This document shows positions 40,935 through 53,800 of a stretch of DNA of 64,000 bases, one piece after another. Each line of letters begins with the position of its first letter. Positions within the stretch are counted from its first letter, which is position 1. This DNA is from Ramazzottius varieornatus (Eukaryota > Animalia > Tardigrada). The position numbers and the translations under genes were made by a program. Under the pieces are notes generated by a model, which saw nothing but the letters and a program-made list of their open reading frames with translations, was not told the DNA's origin and did no database searches. The stretch spans positions 1,276,725 to 1,340,724 of the forward strand of contig BDGG01000003.1 in the NCBI GenBank assembly GCA_001949185.1, read 5' to 3'.

Positions 40935-43409
40935 ATGGCGATGAATATGATGCACTTCCTCGAATTCTCGAACGGGTCTTCCCCCAACGACTCAACCAAC
41001 CAAACCAGTAGGCTACATGGACATCCGCTTCATCCATCACTCCGCTACTTCTACGTCACCTGTCTGGCTTTTGAAAGTGTCATCGGTACTCTAGGCAACA
41101 TTCTGGTAGGATGTGATCAAAGTGCCGGTCTTGGCAGTTTATGAGACGACCATGCAGCCTATAGCTCGTTTCTGTCAGCAGGTTATAGCCACTGTGTGCA
41201 GTATGCCGTCTTTACGGACGACGGGGAACTACTTCATCGTCAACTTGTCACTGGCCGACCTCCTTGTGACCATGGTCACTCAACCCTCCAGTATCCTCGG
41301 TATGAAATTTGTTCTGGCATAGCGCGACGTCCGTTGCTGATGTATACAGGCGTGTTTGGGGCAAATGACATACTGTGCATCGAGCAAAGTTGTGAATAAC
41401 CATTAATGTCTTTTTCAGGAGCTTTGTTTGGGGAGGAGTGGTTCGATGCACGGCCAGTTGTCTGCTCCGGTAAGTAAGAGATTTCTAAATTGAAACTGTA
41501 TACTGACGAAAAGAAGAATGTGCACGCGATTAATGATGCAGTGCGAGGCAAAGCAAGCTTTCAAAAACGGGTGTCAACGAAAACTAAGTGGCTATCGCCA
41601 ATCGAATTTGAGCGTTGGTTCATCTGAAATTTTAGTTCGTTGCAAGTAATTCTGTTGTCCTACACTGTACTACAGTAAATTTCTTAATTTCAACAGTTGT
41701 GGGAACTTTATGTGCAATGGGGTGCATAGCGTCAACATGGAACATCTGCATGATTTCCGTTAACAGGTGAGCCATGTATAGCCGTCCTATCTGTTGCACG
41801 GGCGCAACACTTCTTCGATAAACACCAAGGATCCTGCTCAAATGCAGTTCAAACGGCGGCAGTGACTTGGGCTAGGTCACCGCCATATTATATCAATTAA
41901 TTACCGCGGCAAGTGTTAATTCACAGTTGCATCGCTAACGTGGCTAATTGTTTGAGTGTCGTACTCGCAGCGCAAACTACGTTCATGAGCTACTTTCTGG
42001 TTTGCCACAGTCCTTATCGCAAATCAAACTCTGATGATTTGCGTTTAACTCACGCATACACGAACCGCACCACACTATCAATTATAAACTGGACTCCGAA
42101 AGCTGAAGCATATAGGGTGACGTTCTAAATTGTCCTGAAAGTAGGCGTAGGCTTACAGTCCTACTTCTGGGGCTCCGAGGAGCCCTGCTCACTTTGGGTC
42201 AGGTTATCCTTGCGCTGGTATCAAACTGAAGGCGTATTTTTCTGATCAAGCAAACATCGGGATAGTAGGACTTAATAAGAGTCTGCAGCTACACCCACCA
42301 CCGGCAATCAAAAACAACACAAAGCGATGACCTTCCTATTATAAAGCGGTTTTTCTCTGATTAATGTGACTTTTTGTCGCTCCTTCCTGCTTTCAGACAG
42401 TTCGCGTGCGTCAGCATGATTCGGGGAAGATGGAGGTGTGCTTTCGGTCAGCCAGGCATGCTAAATCCCAAGTGCACAGGGCCGATTCGTTCTCGGAATA
42501 TCGGGCACCCGGCAGCCCGATCTAGCGCGAGAGGGTCGGAAGTTATTCTGCCGACTCACGCGTGCTGGAAACATCCGATCCAGAGTTTCTGGACACTAAC
42601 TGATATGAATATGGTCTTTAACTTTGTGTGCTCTGACCAGTTACCCTCCATACAGGTACATTCTCATCTGTCGTTACCACGTCTACAGTAAGATCTACAC
42701 AAAGCGAAACACTATTCTACTCTGCCTGTCGGTCTGGATCCTCATCTACCTGATCGAGATGCCGAATCACATTGGCTGGGGCGACACCAGGTTCTCCGAG
42801 GTCTTCTTCGTCTGCACCTTCGCCAACCACGTTCACTCCTTCGCCCTTTTCTACATCCTGGTGGGAGTCATGATTCCCGTCAGCGTCAGCTGCGCCGCCT
42901 ACATCGGTATTTTCAAGCGAGTGCGCACCTCCAACCTGGTCCGTAACCGTATCCTGAATGCGGCTGAAGCTGGAAAGCCTCAAAAGGGACCTTCGAAAGA
43001 CGCTAAAATGACCCTGGGGGAGTTCCATCGCAATGTTCGTGTGGCTCGAGTCCTCTTCCGCGTCTTCGTCATCTTCATAGTCATGTGGGTGCCGGTTGCC
43101 GTGCTGATCCTGATGGGGATGGGCAAGCAGGTGGACTACGTATGGTACATCCTGACCGTGCTGCTGGCTCACGGAAACAGCTCGGTCAATTGCGTGGTCT
43201 ATGCCTTGTCCCTGGATCACTTCCGAGAAGGTTATGCAACACTTTTGCACATTAATGTTAGTCACAAGATGAAGCGGAACACTGTGAGTCTGGTAGATTC
43301 CACCACACGCCCGCGAGGTTGCGTAAGCACTGTGTCCGGACAAATTGCGCCTGCGGGACTGAAGGTTGTTCGGGCACTGAATCAACCTTCAAGACCAGAG
43401 CCTAACTGA
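40935..43409 (+). CDS. Class A GPCR, melatonin-receptor-like (copy 2), 5 exons
   Basis: Same exon structure and motifs as 22267-24693 (MAMNMMHFLEFSNGS start, NRY, NSSVNCVVY); different ICL3 and a longer C-tail. Confidence 0.9.
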
Positions 43410-43771
43410 CCCTGCTTTTATTACCCTCTGACGTGTCTTGTATGCTTGACAACAAGATATAGTGTGTTGGGAAGGAGTATTCTCTTTGATCTTTGCAATA
43501 GATTCTTTCACAGGATTCCATCGCGAAAAACCGACAGTTTATCGTAGACTAGCTAGGAGCTTATATATTTATCTCCCGTTTAGTATTCCTTACTGTTTAG
43601 TCGAGAAAGATTCTACTTGGTTCAATACCGATTATCTTCCATGCCACAGACGTATGATTTCTTTTGAACTGGTATTGGTTCGTTGTTACACACCTGCGTC
43701 AGTGAACTATTGACGTCTACTATCCCACCTTTCTGTTCGACTGCCATCTCCTCACAACGTCCGTTTTAAGC

Positions 43772-44317
43772 ATGCCAGAAACCATTGAGCTAAAATTCGA
43801 GCGGGTGATTCGGCGTTGTAAGAACGAAAAGACGGGTGACGTTACGGTGACTGTAGGCGAAGACACAGACCATAATGATCCAGCCCTCAACTTTCGACCG
43901 ACTAATGCCGTCATCATACCTCTGGACGCCAGTGCAAAGGAATGGCCCAAAGGGGAAGTACCACCGGCACCCGAGCTGGCAACAAACGGCCACGGTTCGT
44001 GGTGGGAACGCAAGCTAAGGATCAGCAAGGTGGCGCCAGCTCCGGCAGAAGCAGCCAAAGGCGACGGCACGAAACCTATCACCGAACAACCAAAGAGCTC
44101 CACAATAAAGATCCACGATAAGCTCTCTGTCGCTGTGACAGCACTTGATGCAAACGCCACACCCGCTGCATCTGCCGCCCCGGCTATAACTGCCCCACCC
44201 GCCACGCCAGTCGCAACTGCTGCACCGGCAGTAACCTCCGCATCAGTTACATCTACGTCACCAGCCGTGACCACCACCCCCACCACGACAGTTACACCAG
44301 CCAAGCCGGCAAAGTAA
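43772..44317 (+). CDS. Hypothetical protein, 181 aa, with Pro/Ala/Thr-rich C-terminal half
   Basis: Uninterrupted ATG-initiated ORF with protein-like composition; no family recognised. Confidence 0.6.
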   Translation: MPETIELKFERVIRRCKNEKTGDVTVTVGEDTDHNDPALNFRPTNAVIIPLDASAKEWPKGEVPPAPELATNGHGSWWERKLRISKVAPAPAEAAKGDGTKPITEQPKSSTIKIHDKLSVAVTALDANATPAASAAPAITAPPATPVATAAPAVTSASVTSTSPAVTTTPTTTVTPAKPAK

Positions 44318-44733
44318 AACGATATAGAGCATGTTCGCTTCCCTGTTCATTGTTGCTGGTGCCGGGATGGCACCGTTTTGAAGCAGCAAGCTCGGTAGTC
44401 CTGGTTGTCTGATACAGTGCGCGGCGTGAGTGTGTTCTGCGGGAAACCGAAGGCATCTGTCCTGTGCTCTAAATGAGCTACGACCTTCGAATTTTGTATG
44501 CAGAACCAAGCAGACATCCTGCGCGTCTTCTATTGTTGTTTGTGATGCATTGGTTGACAGATATCGAAGTTTACATTCAAAAATGAATTGCTTGAAATTT
44601 CTAAAAACAATCCGAAGCTTGCATTGACAGAAACAATACAGTGTATATCTGTGAAAGCCACTGAAAGCCAAGCTAAACCACGAATTCGAAAAGTAACCGG
44701 TACGCCGCGAAACCCTGAAAAATATTATGCTCA

Positions 44734-45502
44734 TTAGTAGTTGTTGTCGTTGAACATGGCGCGCTTCCACCATGGCATACGACGGAAAGACTTCATGGGT
44801 CCGTTGTCAGCTCCTTCCATCATATTCTCCGAGGCGTCTCCACTTCCCCATTGTACCATGTCGAACGGTCGACGTCCGCTGGGGCCATCTTGTCCTCCTC
44901 GTCCACCAGGTCCGAATGGTCGTTGTCGCTCGTCATCATCACCACTACGACCTCCCTGTCCTCCCCGTCCGCCTCGTCCACCACGGCCTCCGCCGTTCAT
45001 GCGAAACCATCTCATGATGCATCGGATCAGGCTCTTCAGTGGGTTGTGCCATTGACCATCCTCCCCACGTCCACCACGGCCTCCGCGACCTGTGAGAAAA
45101 GTACAAAATAAACATTTTCCTTTCCATCGCGCAGGACCCTCATCAGGTTTAGGATGAGTAATTTGTACCTCCTCGTCCACCGGGTCCAAATGGGCGACGT
45201 CGTTCGTCTTGCACATCACCTTGGTCATCATCTCCACCCCAACCGCCTCGACCTCCTCTGCCATCAGGTCCACGGCTCAGGTCTCCGTCCTCCTGGTCAT
45301 CGTCATCGTCGTCTTGGTCGTCGTCATCATCCTGCATGAATCCACGGCGCATGAACCAGGAAGGTCTGCGTTCATCTTCCTCGCCACGGAAAGCTTTCAA
45401 GGAGCGTCTTCCTTCGTTCTCCTTGCCCTCTCCCCAAGGCCGTGCCTGGATTACGGAAAGAAAAACGCAGAGAGCGAGAGCAAGAAGAATTCTTCCGAAC
45501 AT
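44734..45502 (-). CDS. Secreted low-complexity Asp-rich/RGG-repeat protein (2 exons, 229 aa)
   Basis: Signal peptide MFGRILLALALCVFLSVIQA; phase-1 intron 45168-45090 (GTACAA...CTCACAG) joins the two ORF-track fragments in frame; upstream TATA. Confidence 0.8.
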
Positions 45503-45577
45503 TCTCAGTGCCGTCTAAGTGAAACTTTCCGGTCGAACGTTGGAAAGAAGCTAATGCTAAAGACGGTTTCACAGGTG

Positions 45578-45584
45578 TTTTATA
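45578..45584 (-). promoter_or_regulatory. TATA box of the RGG-rich gene
   Basis: TATAAAA on the minus strand ~76 nt upstream of ATG 45502. Confidence 0.5.
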
Positions 45585-47260
45585 CCTGTATACTGGGTAA
45601 GTTTAACAGTGGGAGTTTCACGAAGGAAAGGCGTCGCGGAGATATCGAAAACTTGATATGAACTTTTGCGAAGTTCATATTGATGAATTGAAAGACTTTT
45701 TATGTTTGCTGTTCTGCTTCACCACCAAGCTTAGTCGACACGTTCCGGAAAGACAAACAAGAACCTAGCAGGAACCAAGATCAATGCAATAGGATGTGCC
45801 TCAAAGGCGAAGCTCCGCAGCGCGCCGTCAGCTGTTTTTCCACATCGCGCAGCGCACTGCGGCAATGGGCTCCTGACCAACATTGTCGCTCATCCGATAA
45901 CAATTTCAGGAACTAGCGGCGGCGCACAGCTTTCACGGCTTCATAATGACTTGCGAACATCCAGAAGAAAATAAGAAAAAGAAAATACTCCGTAGAGATT
46001 TTTAGTGCAATTCATGCTAACCTGACGGCTCGGAACCGCTAGACATTTGAATTTCTAAGTGCCAGAATTAACGAAAATTGTATGGGCCACTACTGGATCT
46101 GCTTCATTCTCTACAATAGAGTAGCATTCCTTCGGGCTCTTTTATGCATCACTGGAACATGAGCACTATGCTGTAAAGAAATTTTCTCTATCGTTGACGG
46201 CACGACGAAAGCTGGCGAGTCTCCATCTTTGTCAGTAGCAGCCGAACTAATATCGGACTTCACCGTTACCGTCACAGGTCAGTTCACGTTAGTACTGACG
46301 TTTCCTCCGTTCAGAGCAAGGTCCATCCAAAGCCCTAAAGATCTGCCGGCGTTGATTCGATCGTCGTCGCTTGTCTGTACTGTGTAGTCGCTTAAGATAA
46401 TTGTAGCTATTGGTTCAGGACCGGAGGGAGAACGGTCTGCTGAAGCGCTGTTGCGCCGACTAGCGATAGGTAAATCTTGCTGGAGGGAGAGCTCCCCTCA
46501 GAAGGATTCCCGCAGGAGGACCCAAATGGAGACCCACGAAACCTAGGTCGAGCTATAGCGGCCAAGGATATCGGTGCGATGAGGAGCGAGAGGAAACAGA
46601 CGAGGACCACTCACACGAGCAGCACACGCGCGCCGAATGAAACAAGCCTACATCTATCAGACACAACTTTGTTCTACAGAGAGCGGTAGATAGTCGATGG
46701 CTATCTGTACCCAGAGGTGGCGCAAATATTCAATGGTTATATATGTGCACCATCCAGCCAAAAGGGGAGTGCAAATATCCACTCCGTCAGCTACTCGTAC
46801 ATCAAACCATTTTGACAAATAGCTTCTACCGCAATGTCATGCATTTTGTCCACTGTATCGTAAAACCATCTGCTTTCTCTATTCTGGGGGAGAACTTTAG
46901 ATAGAAAAAAGAAGTATTGTCTTAGTCTATCTAATTTTTCATGTTGCCTACCGATCATCGGAGTGAATTTTCTACGCCTCTGATTTCAGACCGGATTTTT
47001 TGACCGAATTACTGGCAAAATGGTTGTAGGTATATGGATGGATTCAAAGGATTGTCTCGAAAGAGCGGAAATACTGCAGAAAATTTCGAATCGTGAGCGG
47101 CACTAAAACGAAGTCATGATTACTGCCTGGTAACTGAGGAAAAAAATCTTTCTGCCCGGCATAACGATAGTCGCAGACCGGGTCTCTCTGGAACAGGAAA
47201 GAATGATGAAAAAGAATGATTGCCATCTCTTGAACAAGATTATTCGGTCGACTCAAAGTA

Positions 47261-47709
47261 CACAAACGATGGGATATTATGGGCCAGTAAAAATTACGGA
47301 CCAGGCCCTTTCGCTACGGCGCCACGGGCAGATCATTCTTGTTACAAGTAAAAACCAACATCGAAGGCTGGACTGCTGTGCGTACGTGCCGGATACTGGG
47401 CCGAAGAGCTAAAGCTTGTCATATTTATTATAGCAGTTAGATCTCCATATTACCGGAACACGCATACCTTCAACAGTTCAAGCTGGTCCAAGGCTTCTCC
47501 GGGAGAAAGTCGACAGCAGCGTTGAAGCGTTAGAGTAAAACAGATGATCAGCTGATGGCCACTGTCCATGACAATTTTCCACGGTTGGATTTTAATACGT
47601 TACGTCATTTGTCCGATTTCTGTTCCTGACTACCATGCAAATTGTAAATATGCCGTCTTTTGCGGCTGGCCCGTAAGTTTTACTGGCCTATAATATCCCG
47701 TCGTTCGTG
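47261..47709. mobile_element. MITE, longer member of family A
   Basis: TA|CACAAACGATGGGATATTATGGGCCAGTAAAA...TTTTACTGGCCTATAATATCCCGTCGTTCGTG|TA; TIR matches the right end of 16521-16716. Confidence 0.75.
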
Positions 47710-49434
47710 TACTGTTACAAGTTAGCTCTAGAGTGCACATTCGACAAAACACATCCGCAAAACTACAGGAGGTGGAGCTGGAACTCTCCTTCACAGACCA
47801 GGAAGAAGAGACATGATAGCAAGAGATTATCATCATGTCGAAAAACTAGAGTACCCCCAACGAGGAAGATCAATTTTTCCAGAGGGGCTGCAAAAAACAG
47901 CTGCGGAAAGTTTATCTTTTCTCATTCCCCATTCTCCTACAGTGAAGGCGATGAACTCGCTGCCGAGAAAAAATGACTAAGGTAAATTGCTGGTATGGGT
48001 GGTGGATAACCTGATCGGAAATTTCGGGGTTTTTGACACGAAATTTTTTTGAACATTCTGTTTAGAGGAGTAACATGCCATACTTCTGGAACTGATACAC
48101 GCCCAGGTAGCAGACATACGATGGTCTCGCGCAATGTACGCTTGAGTGATGCCGCATGTTGGCATTGGGTTTTATTGTTTTATAGGATAAACGCTCGGCA
48201 AAGAAGATCAGGATCTACAAGCTGCGCATCATTCGCTGGTGAGTACTGCAGCTCGGCACGAGCTGTATCCCCGAAGCCGGACCACCATGTCGAGCTCGGT
48301 GACTCCTTAATCAAACATAGTGACTCGGTGCACAGCCTGCCACTGCCTTTTCTACGTGCACGTAGCCTCGACCTTAATTAAAAGAATGGAATCTTCATCC
48401 GTGGTATTCCATGTTCTCCAAACCTTCCACGTAACCCGAGCCTCAGTTTTTGACGGTACTCGACTACTAGTACAGACTATCCTGCTTGCGATGGCATTTG
48501 ACGATCAAGTGAAAAGCACATTTGCAGACGTTCATGCTGATACTCACCTTCGCAACTCTCTCCCTCGAGATCATGGACCGTTAGTACCTTACAGACCAGT
48601 GTTAACATCTTAAGCACTACGCGATTTCGGCCTTTCAGAATACGAGGTGGGAAAGTCACTTTCGGCTGTTTTTACTGGCCGAAACCGGGGGCGTAACCAG
48701 ATTAAATCAATCACCGCCACTGTCTGTCGGCTGTTAGTTGCAGTTTTGAGAAAATCGGATTCCCCAGGCAAACGGCAAGACACGTGAAGCAAAAGTTAAA
48801 CTGGAATCTCGCCACGCACATATTAGTGGGCGCCAGGAAAGTGAGTTTCCAGCCCCCTGCTCAACGTGTCAACTCTAGCCGATCCCTTTTGTTCTACATG
48901 ACGACTTATAATTCTTCTTAGTCTCCTGATCACCTGTTCCGCGGAGACATGCGACTAGGGAGCTCTTCTAAGTAGACATCTGTCGGCCTCACGTCTCTGC
49001 ACGCCTGTTACGAACGATATCTGCCGTCACCTGGTGCTTCGAGGACAATTCGATAATGATCCTCGGTATATCTTACACAAAGGCCCGGCTTTCTCCAACA
49101 TCGCGGACCTCACCCAAGCGTTCAGTCTGCTGATTAGGCTTTCTGCCGTTACAGTGCGAGTATCAGTTGAAGTTTGCTGTTCACCGAACTGTAATTATAA
49201 AATGCTGAATAAACGGTAAATAGGTCCAACCAAACGGAACTTCACGTGGGTGGAACGGCGCATCAAAATTATAATATTAAACCTATGTCATAAATTAGTC
49301 AGAAGTCGATCAAAGTAAGCAGAAGTTGTTCAATCGTCTTCCGAAACGTAGTTTTTTTTTCTAATGTCTTACATCCATCTTAGTCGATTAGTTCCGGAGC
49401 TTTCCTTTTAGTCTTTGGGTTTACACTTATTACT

Positions 49435-50724
49435 ATGGATACGCGACCATACTTCCTCCACTTAATTTTTCTGGGTAAATGAGAGTGATTGAAGCTATCT
49501 AGGCTTCATGCTGTATATCCCGTTACCTTACTTGGAGAAGATATAATTATCACTGGGATTATTTCCAAAACTTAGTATTTCGTTTGTAGGTTTGGTAACC
49601 CTGCACGGCACAAATGGTCAGTTCCCGGCGTACTTCTTCTCGCAAAGCGCCAGTAACTCCCCTCCCAACTGCGTATGCCGACAAGGCGGTACAGTGAACA
49701 ATCCGAATCAAATTTCGAACGGAAACGTTAACAACCAACAACCAAACAACCAGTTCCCTAATGGTCAATTTTCAAATAATCAGTTTCCCAATGGGCAGTT
49801 CCCGTACAGCCAGTTTCCGAATGGACAGTTTCCCAGCGGTATCAACCCTCTTCCCATAAACGACTTTCCGAACGGCAGGTTGCCAGAAATCAGTGCCAAC
49901 CAACCAGGCTTCAACCTGCCCGGAGGGTCCGACCGTCGACCTGGCCGACGCCACTTCTCTCCTACCGGTTTTCCCTCTTCCTTGCGAATTTGCGGATCCG
50001 ACGGCATGACGTATTCCGACGTCTGTCTTATCATCAATGCCCAGTACAGTAATCCGAGTAAGTCGTATCGAATTTTGAACACAAGATACACACCATCTGT
50101 GTTATTCAGCTGGATGCATCGACCTTCATGCAGCAGCTGTAGAAAAGTGGTATTAATATCAATAGCTCACCACTTAACCACCGGAATTGAAGGCTTTCCG
50201 AATTTCAAATGCTCTTGTTGCTGTTGTTGGAGACCTGATCGACTTCGTATTCTTTTCTGTTAGGTCTTGGCGGTCGACCTTGCGACTTGCAGTCCGCCGT
50301 CCAGATTGCCCAGCAGGCTCAAAACACTAATGGCAACACCCTCACTACGCCTGTCTGCATGAACGATGGTTCGAATGCGCAATCCGCCACAGCTGCCCTT
50401 CAACTCATGCTGAATAATCCTCGTAAGCCAGTAGACGACACCTGAGCTTTCATGGTTTCTTGCAAAAGTGCTATTTTTGATGCATCCTTGAGACGCCCAC
50501 CGTCTGACTTACGTGAATATTCTTCATCAGGTTTGGGTATTCGATGCCAAGGTTCCTGTCCCTGCACGCTATCGTGTCCGCCCACAGTCGGCAACACCCA
50601 AGTCACATCTCACCACGGCGACTGCTTCAACCACTGGAGCTTCTATCAAGGCAGTCGCCGACCTCAGCAGAGCCAGAATAGTGGGCGGCCAGGCCATGGA
50701 AGGCCCTTCCGCGGTCAAGGATAA
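49435..50724 (+). CDS. Secreted Kazal-like protein with QFPNG repeats (4 exons, 286 aa)
   Basis: Exons 49435-49474, 49590-50057, 50264-50422, 50531-50724, all phase 1; signal peptide; ICGSDGMTYSDVC Kazal core; degenerate second unit PVCMNDG...RCQGSCPC. Confidence 0.78.
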
Positions 50725-50866
50725 ATCTTCCCTTTCGTAATGCGGAAAATTTCTGGTTGTATCAACAGACGCAATCCATGAGAGCAACAGAAAGAAAATC
50801 AGTGTAACTGTCATGTTAACATTTTCATCACTTATCACAGAAAATATATCAAAAGACATAGCCTGT

Positions 50867-53800
50867 TCAGATAATGGAGATGAACTTTTGGTAAAGATCA
50901 AAATCTGCCACAGTATTCAGGTTGGCATTCCTAGTTCTCTTTTCCACAAAATCTTGATAAATTCGCAAAGACTCTGGACTCACCACTGGAAGTGCTACTT
51001 CGTAGACCGAATCCTCCTTAAAAGCACTTGTGCACGTCAAATGAGTCGACGGTGATCTGACTCTATACGCCAAGCTCTCTCCAAACCTTTTCGAATTCTT
51101 AGATGCATTCTTCGACATATTTGCATAGTTCTCATACAGTAACTTATCTTTGACCGACGGTTCCACCAGTTTCTGGCCGTAGTATTCTTCGAACGTCTCG
51201 AACTTGGCGGCGAAGCCTGTCTTCGCAGGCTCAGGTGATGATATGCTCTGTGGGTACTTGGTTCTGTTCAACTGCTCGTCGTCCGATTCTTCGTCGGATG
51301 AGACGAGGTCTTCGTCTATGTCGCTAGTGGTCAGCGTAGCTTCGGAAAATTGCGAGTTCAGAACGGGTTTTGGATGATCGGTAAATTTGTCGCCAGAGGG
51401 CGCCGTGACCGATGGGACGAAGACGCGGGTACGTGATGTGAAAGGACTTGGGTCAGAACTACTGGTCGGCATGTAGTCTGTCTCGGTACTGGGAATCAAG
51501 AAGGTGAAGACTTCCTTCAGCGAGTCCACTTGGTGGCCTAAGAGAGAAACGGATCAGACGTTGGGTAGGGCAGTAAGTGGTTCTAACGTAGTTTAAGCGT
51601 ACCTCGATAATGACTGAAGAAAGCGTCGAAGGATGTATAGTGTGTCGTGGATTGTTGGACATCCTCTTGAGCGACTGGAAGGCATCGAGCGATATCTGAT
51701 GTCAGCCACTGAGTGTAGCTGAGGGCTCGTGGATGCTTGGCCGGATCTCGTATCCAGGGATGGTGGAGAAAGTAGTCGGTCTGTAGCTCCCACAGATGGC
51801 TTCCCTGGTGGATGGGTGGCTCGAAGACACCAAGAAAAAGGTTGATGGACACTTGCTTGTCAAAATCCGAGAACGTATTGCTGTAATACCTGTAGCAAAA
51901 ACCGAAAAATTAAATGCTGACAACCATGTTATGAGGACAGAAATCCAGGAACACGGACAACGTTGAACTCCTTGATAACATGTAAATACAGTGCGGCCCC
52001 GCCAAGTTTGTGCAACTCACGAACTCACGTCTTGTGAAAAATTCAGATCAGGTTTTTCCTCCAAACCAATCATTGAGGTCTGATCATGATAGAAGGCTCG
52101 GCGAAGCTAAAATAAGCCGTTTTAGCCGTTCTTAGCCGTGGCTAAAAATATAGTAGCCGCTGTCAAAGCAGCCAAAATACTTCTAGCCACGGCTAGAATG
52201 TATTGTGCGTTCGAATGATTTATTGATGCCAAAATATTTCAGCCGACTCAACATCGACAAATCAATCAAACGCACAATACATTTTAGCCGTGGCTAAAAA
52301 TATTTTAGCTGCTTTGGCCGCGGCTACAATATTTTTAGCCACGGCTAAGAACGGCTAAAGCGGCTTATTTTAGCTTCGCCGAGCCTTCTATACTACTCAT
52401 TAGCATATGCCGCCTTTTTTGAGATGGGGGTTGCTTTTCCGTGGGGAACGGTCGTTTCGCAAACTCGATTCGAGCTGTTGGCGGTAACGAGAGTTTCAAC
52501 CATGAACGAATAATTTTCTACAGGTCTCCACAGTCGATCTCCGGAGACCAAATTGGCCGCAAATGATGAGCAAGAGTTTAGGATGTCTGATGAGGCTGAA
52601 GAGGATAATCTACTATTCAATCCCGAAAGGCAACCGAACGTTTCGTGTAAAATTTTCGGGTTTACCGGGAAACCATGATTATTTCAAAATTTGGTTTCGG
52701 CGTAGAAATCGTGAGTGGACCTGAAACTGTGATTAGTCAGAAAGCCAGATAAGTTTGCTTGCATCCGAACTGATTTTGAACGAAATACCTTTGGCCGAAC
52801 AACAGGAGCGATTGTTTCAAAACTGCACAAAAACCCGAAAAAGTTGTCGAAACTGAAAAGTTCGACGCGGAGAAGAACTACTCGGGAAAACGACTTATGC
52901 ACCCATCCACCTAAGCCTCATTTTCTAGTGATGACTAAGATGTTGTTCTAATACTGCGACCATCTGCTTTTACGGTAAAGTGTCCCTGTACTTGCGTAGG
53001 TGACAGCGCATGGAAATCTTCCCCCTTTTTCGACTTTTGATTTTAAAAAATCAGGGCGCAGATATGGTTAGTTCGCTTGAATCACACAACAAGATTTCTG
53101 AAAGGAGAAACATCGTACTCAAAAATAAAAATGTTTTGGGACCACAAAACAAGTCTCGGATGGGAAACGATTTCTTTTTGTGAGGATGGGTACGGAAGAA
53201 TCCGTTCCGAGCGCCTGTGGTCGATCCCTCTCAGCGGTTGACGCTGAGTTTTGGTCGAAGACTCTTCCTTTCGCAAAAAGAAACTTCGGCTAAAAGATAG
53301 CTCAGTGCATGTGTTATCACAGAATAATGCAGCGAGAAAGATACGTGCTCACTGGCAGGATCCCGAATTTTTTTTCAAAAGTTGCACAAACTTGGCGGGG
53401 CCGCACTGTATGTAAGCCACCACTATTTTTAATATGGTGCACAATCTCATACCTTGATACAGTTCGTAGCCAGTCTTTGGAGTTTGTTCCCCATCCATGC
53501 TGTCTGTACGATTCCACCCTATGCACCAACTGCGACCCGCCGTACTGCATGGCCAACACATTGCCCAGATCCTCAAACATATCCTCCAACATCTGCACGG
53601 CGTCCGTATCGAAGCCCAGATGCGGCGAGTCCGTCAGCGCCAATGCATACAACTGCAGCCCCAACACACACTTTCCCACCACGAAGGCCGCTGTATTCGT
53701 CCTGTCCAGACAATCCACACAGTTGATCCTGATCACACCCCTCTGCAGTCTGTTCTTCGACAACTGAACCAAAGACTCTTCAGACGGAACACGCTGTACT

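Noticed and set aside
42717-43385. 222-aa antisense ORF, and its counterpart at 24100-24627
   Set aside because: Shadow of the GPCR coding strand caused by codon bias
43720-44304. 194-aa minus-strand Ala/Val/Gly-rich ORF
   Set aside because: Antisense mirror of the ATG-initiated plus-strand ORF; non-ATG start
46407-46610. Signal-peptide-like ORF near the RGG gene
   Set aside because: No ATG, an in-frame stop upstream and no convincing homology
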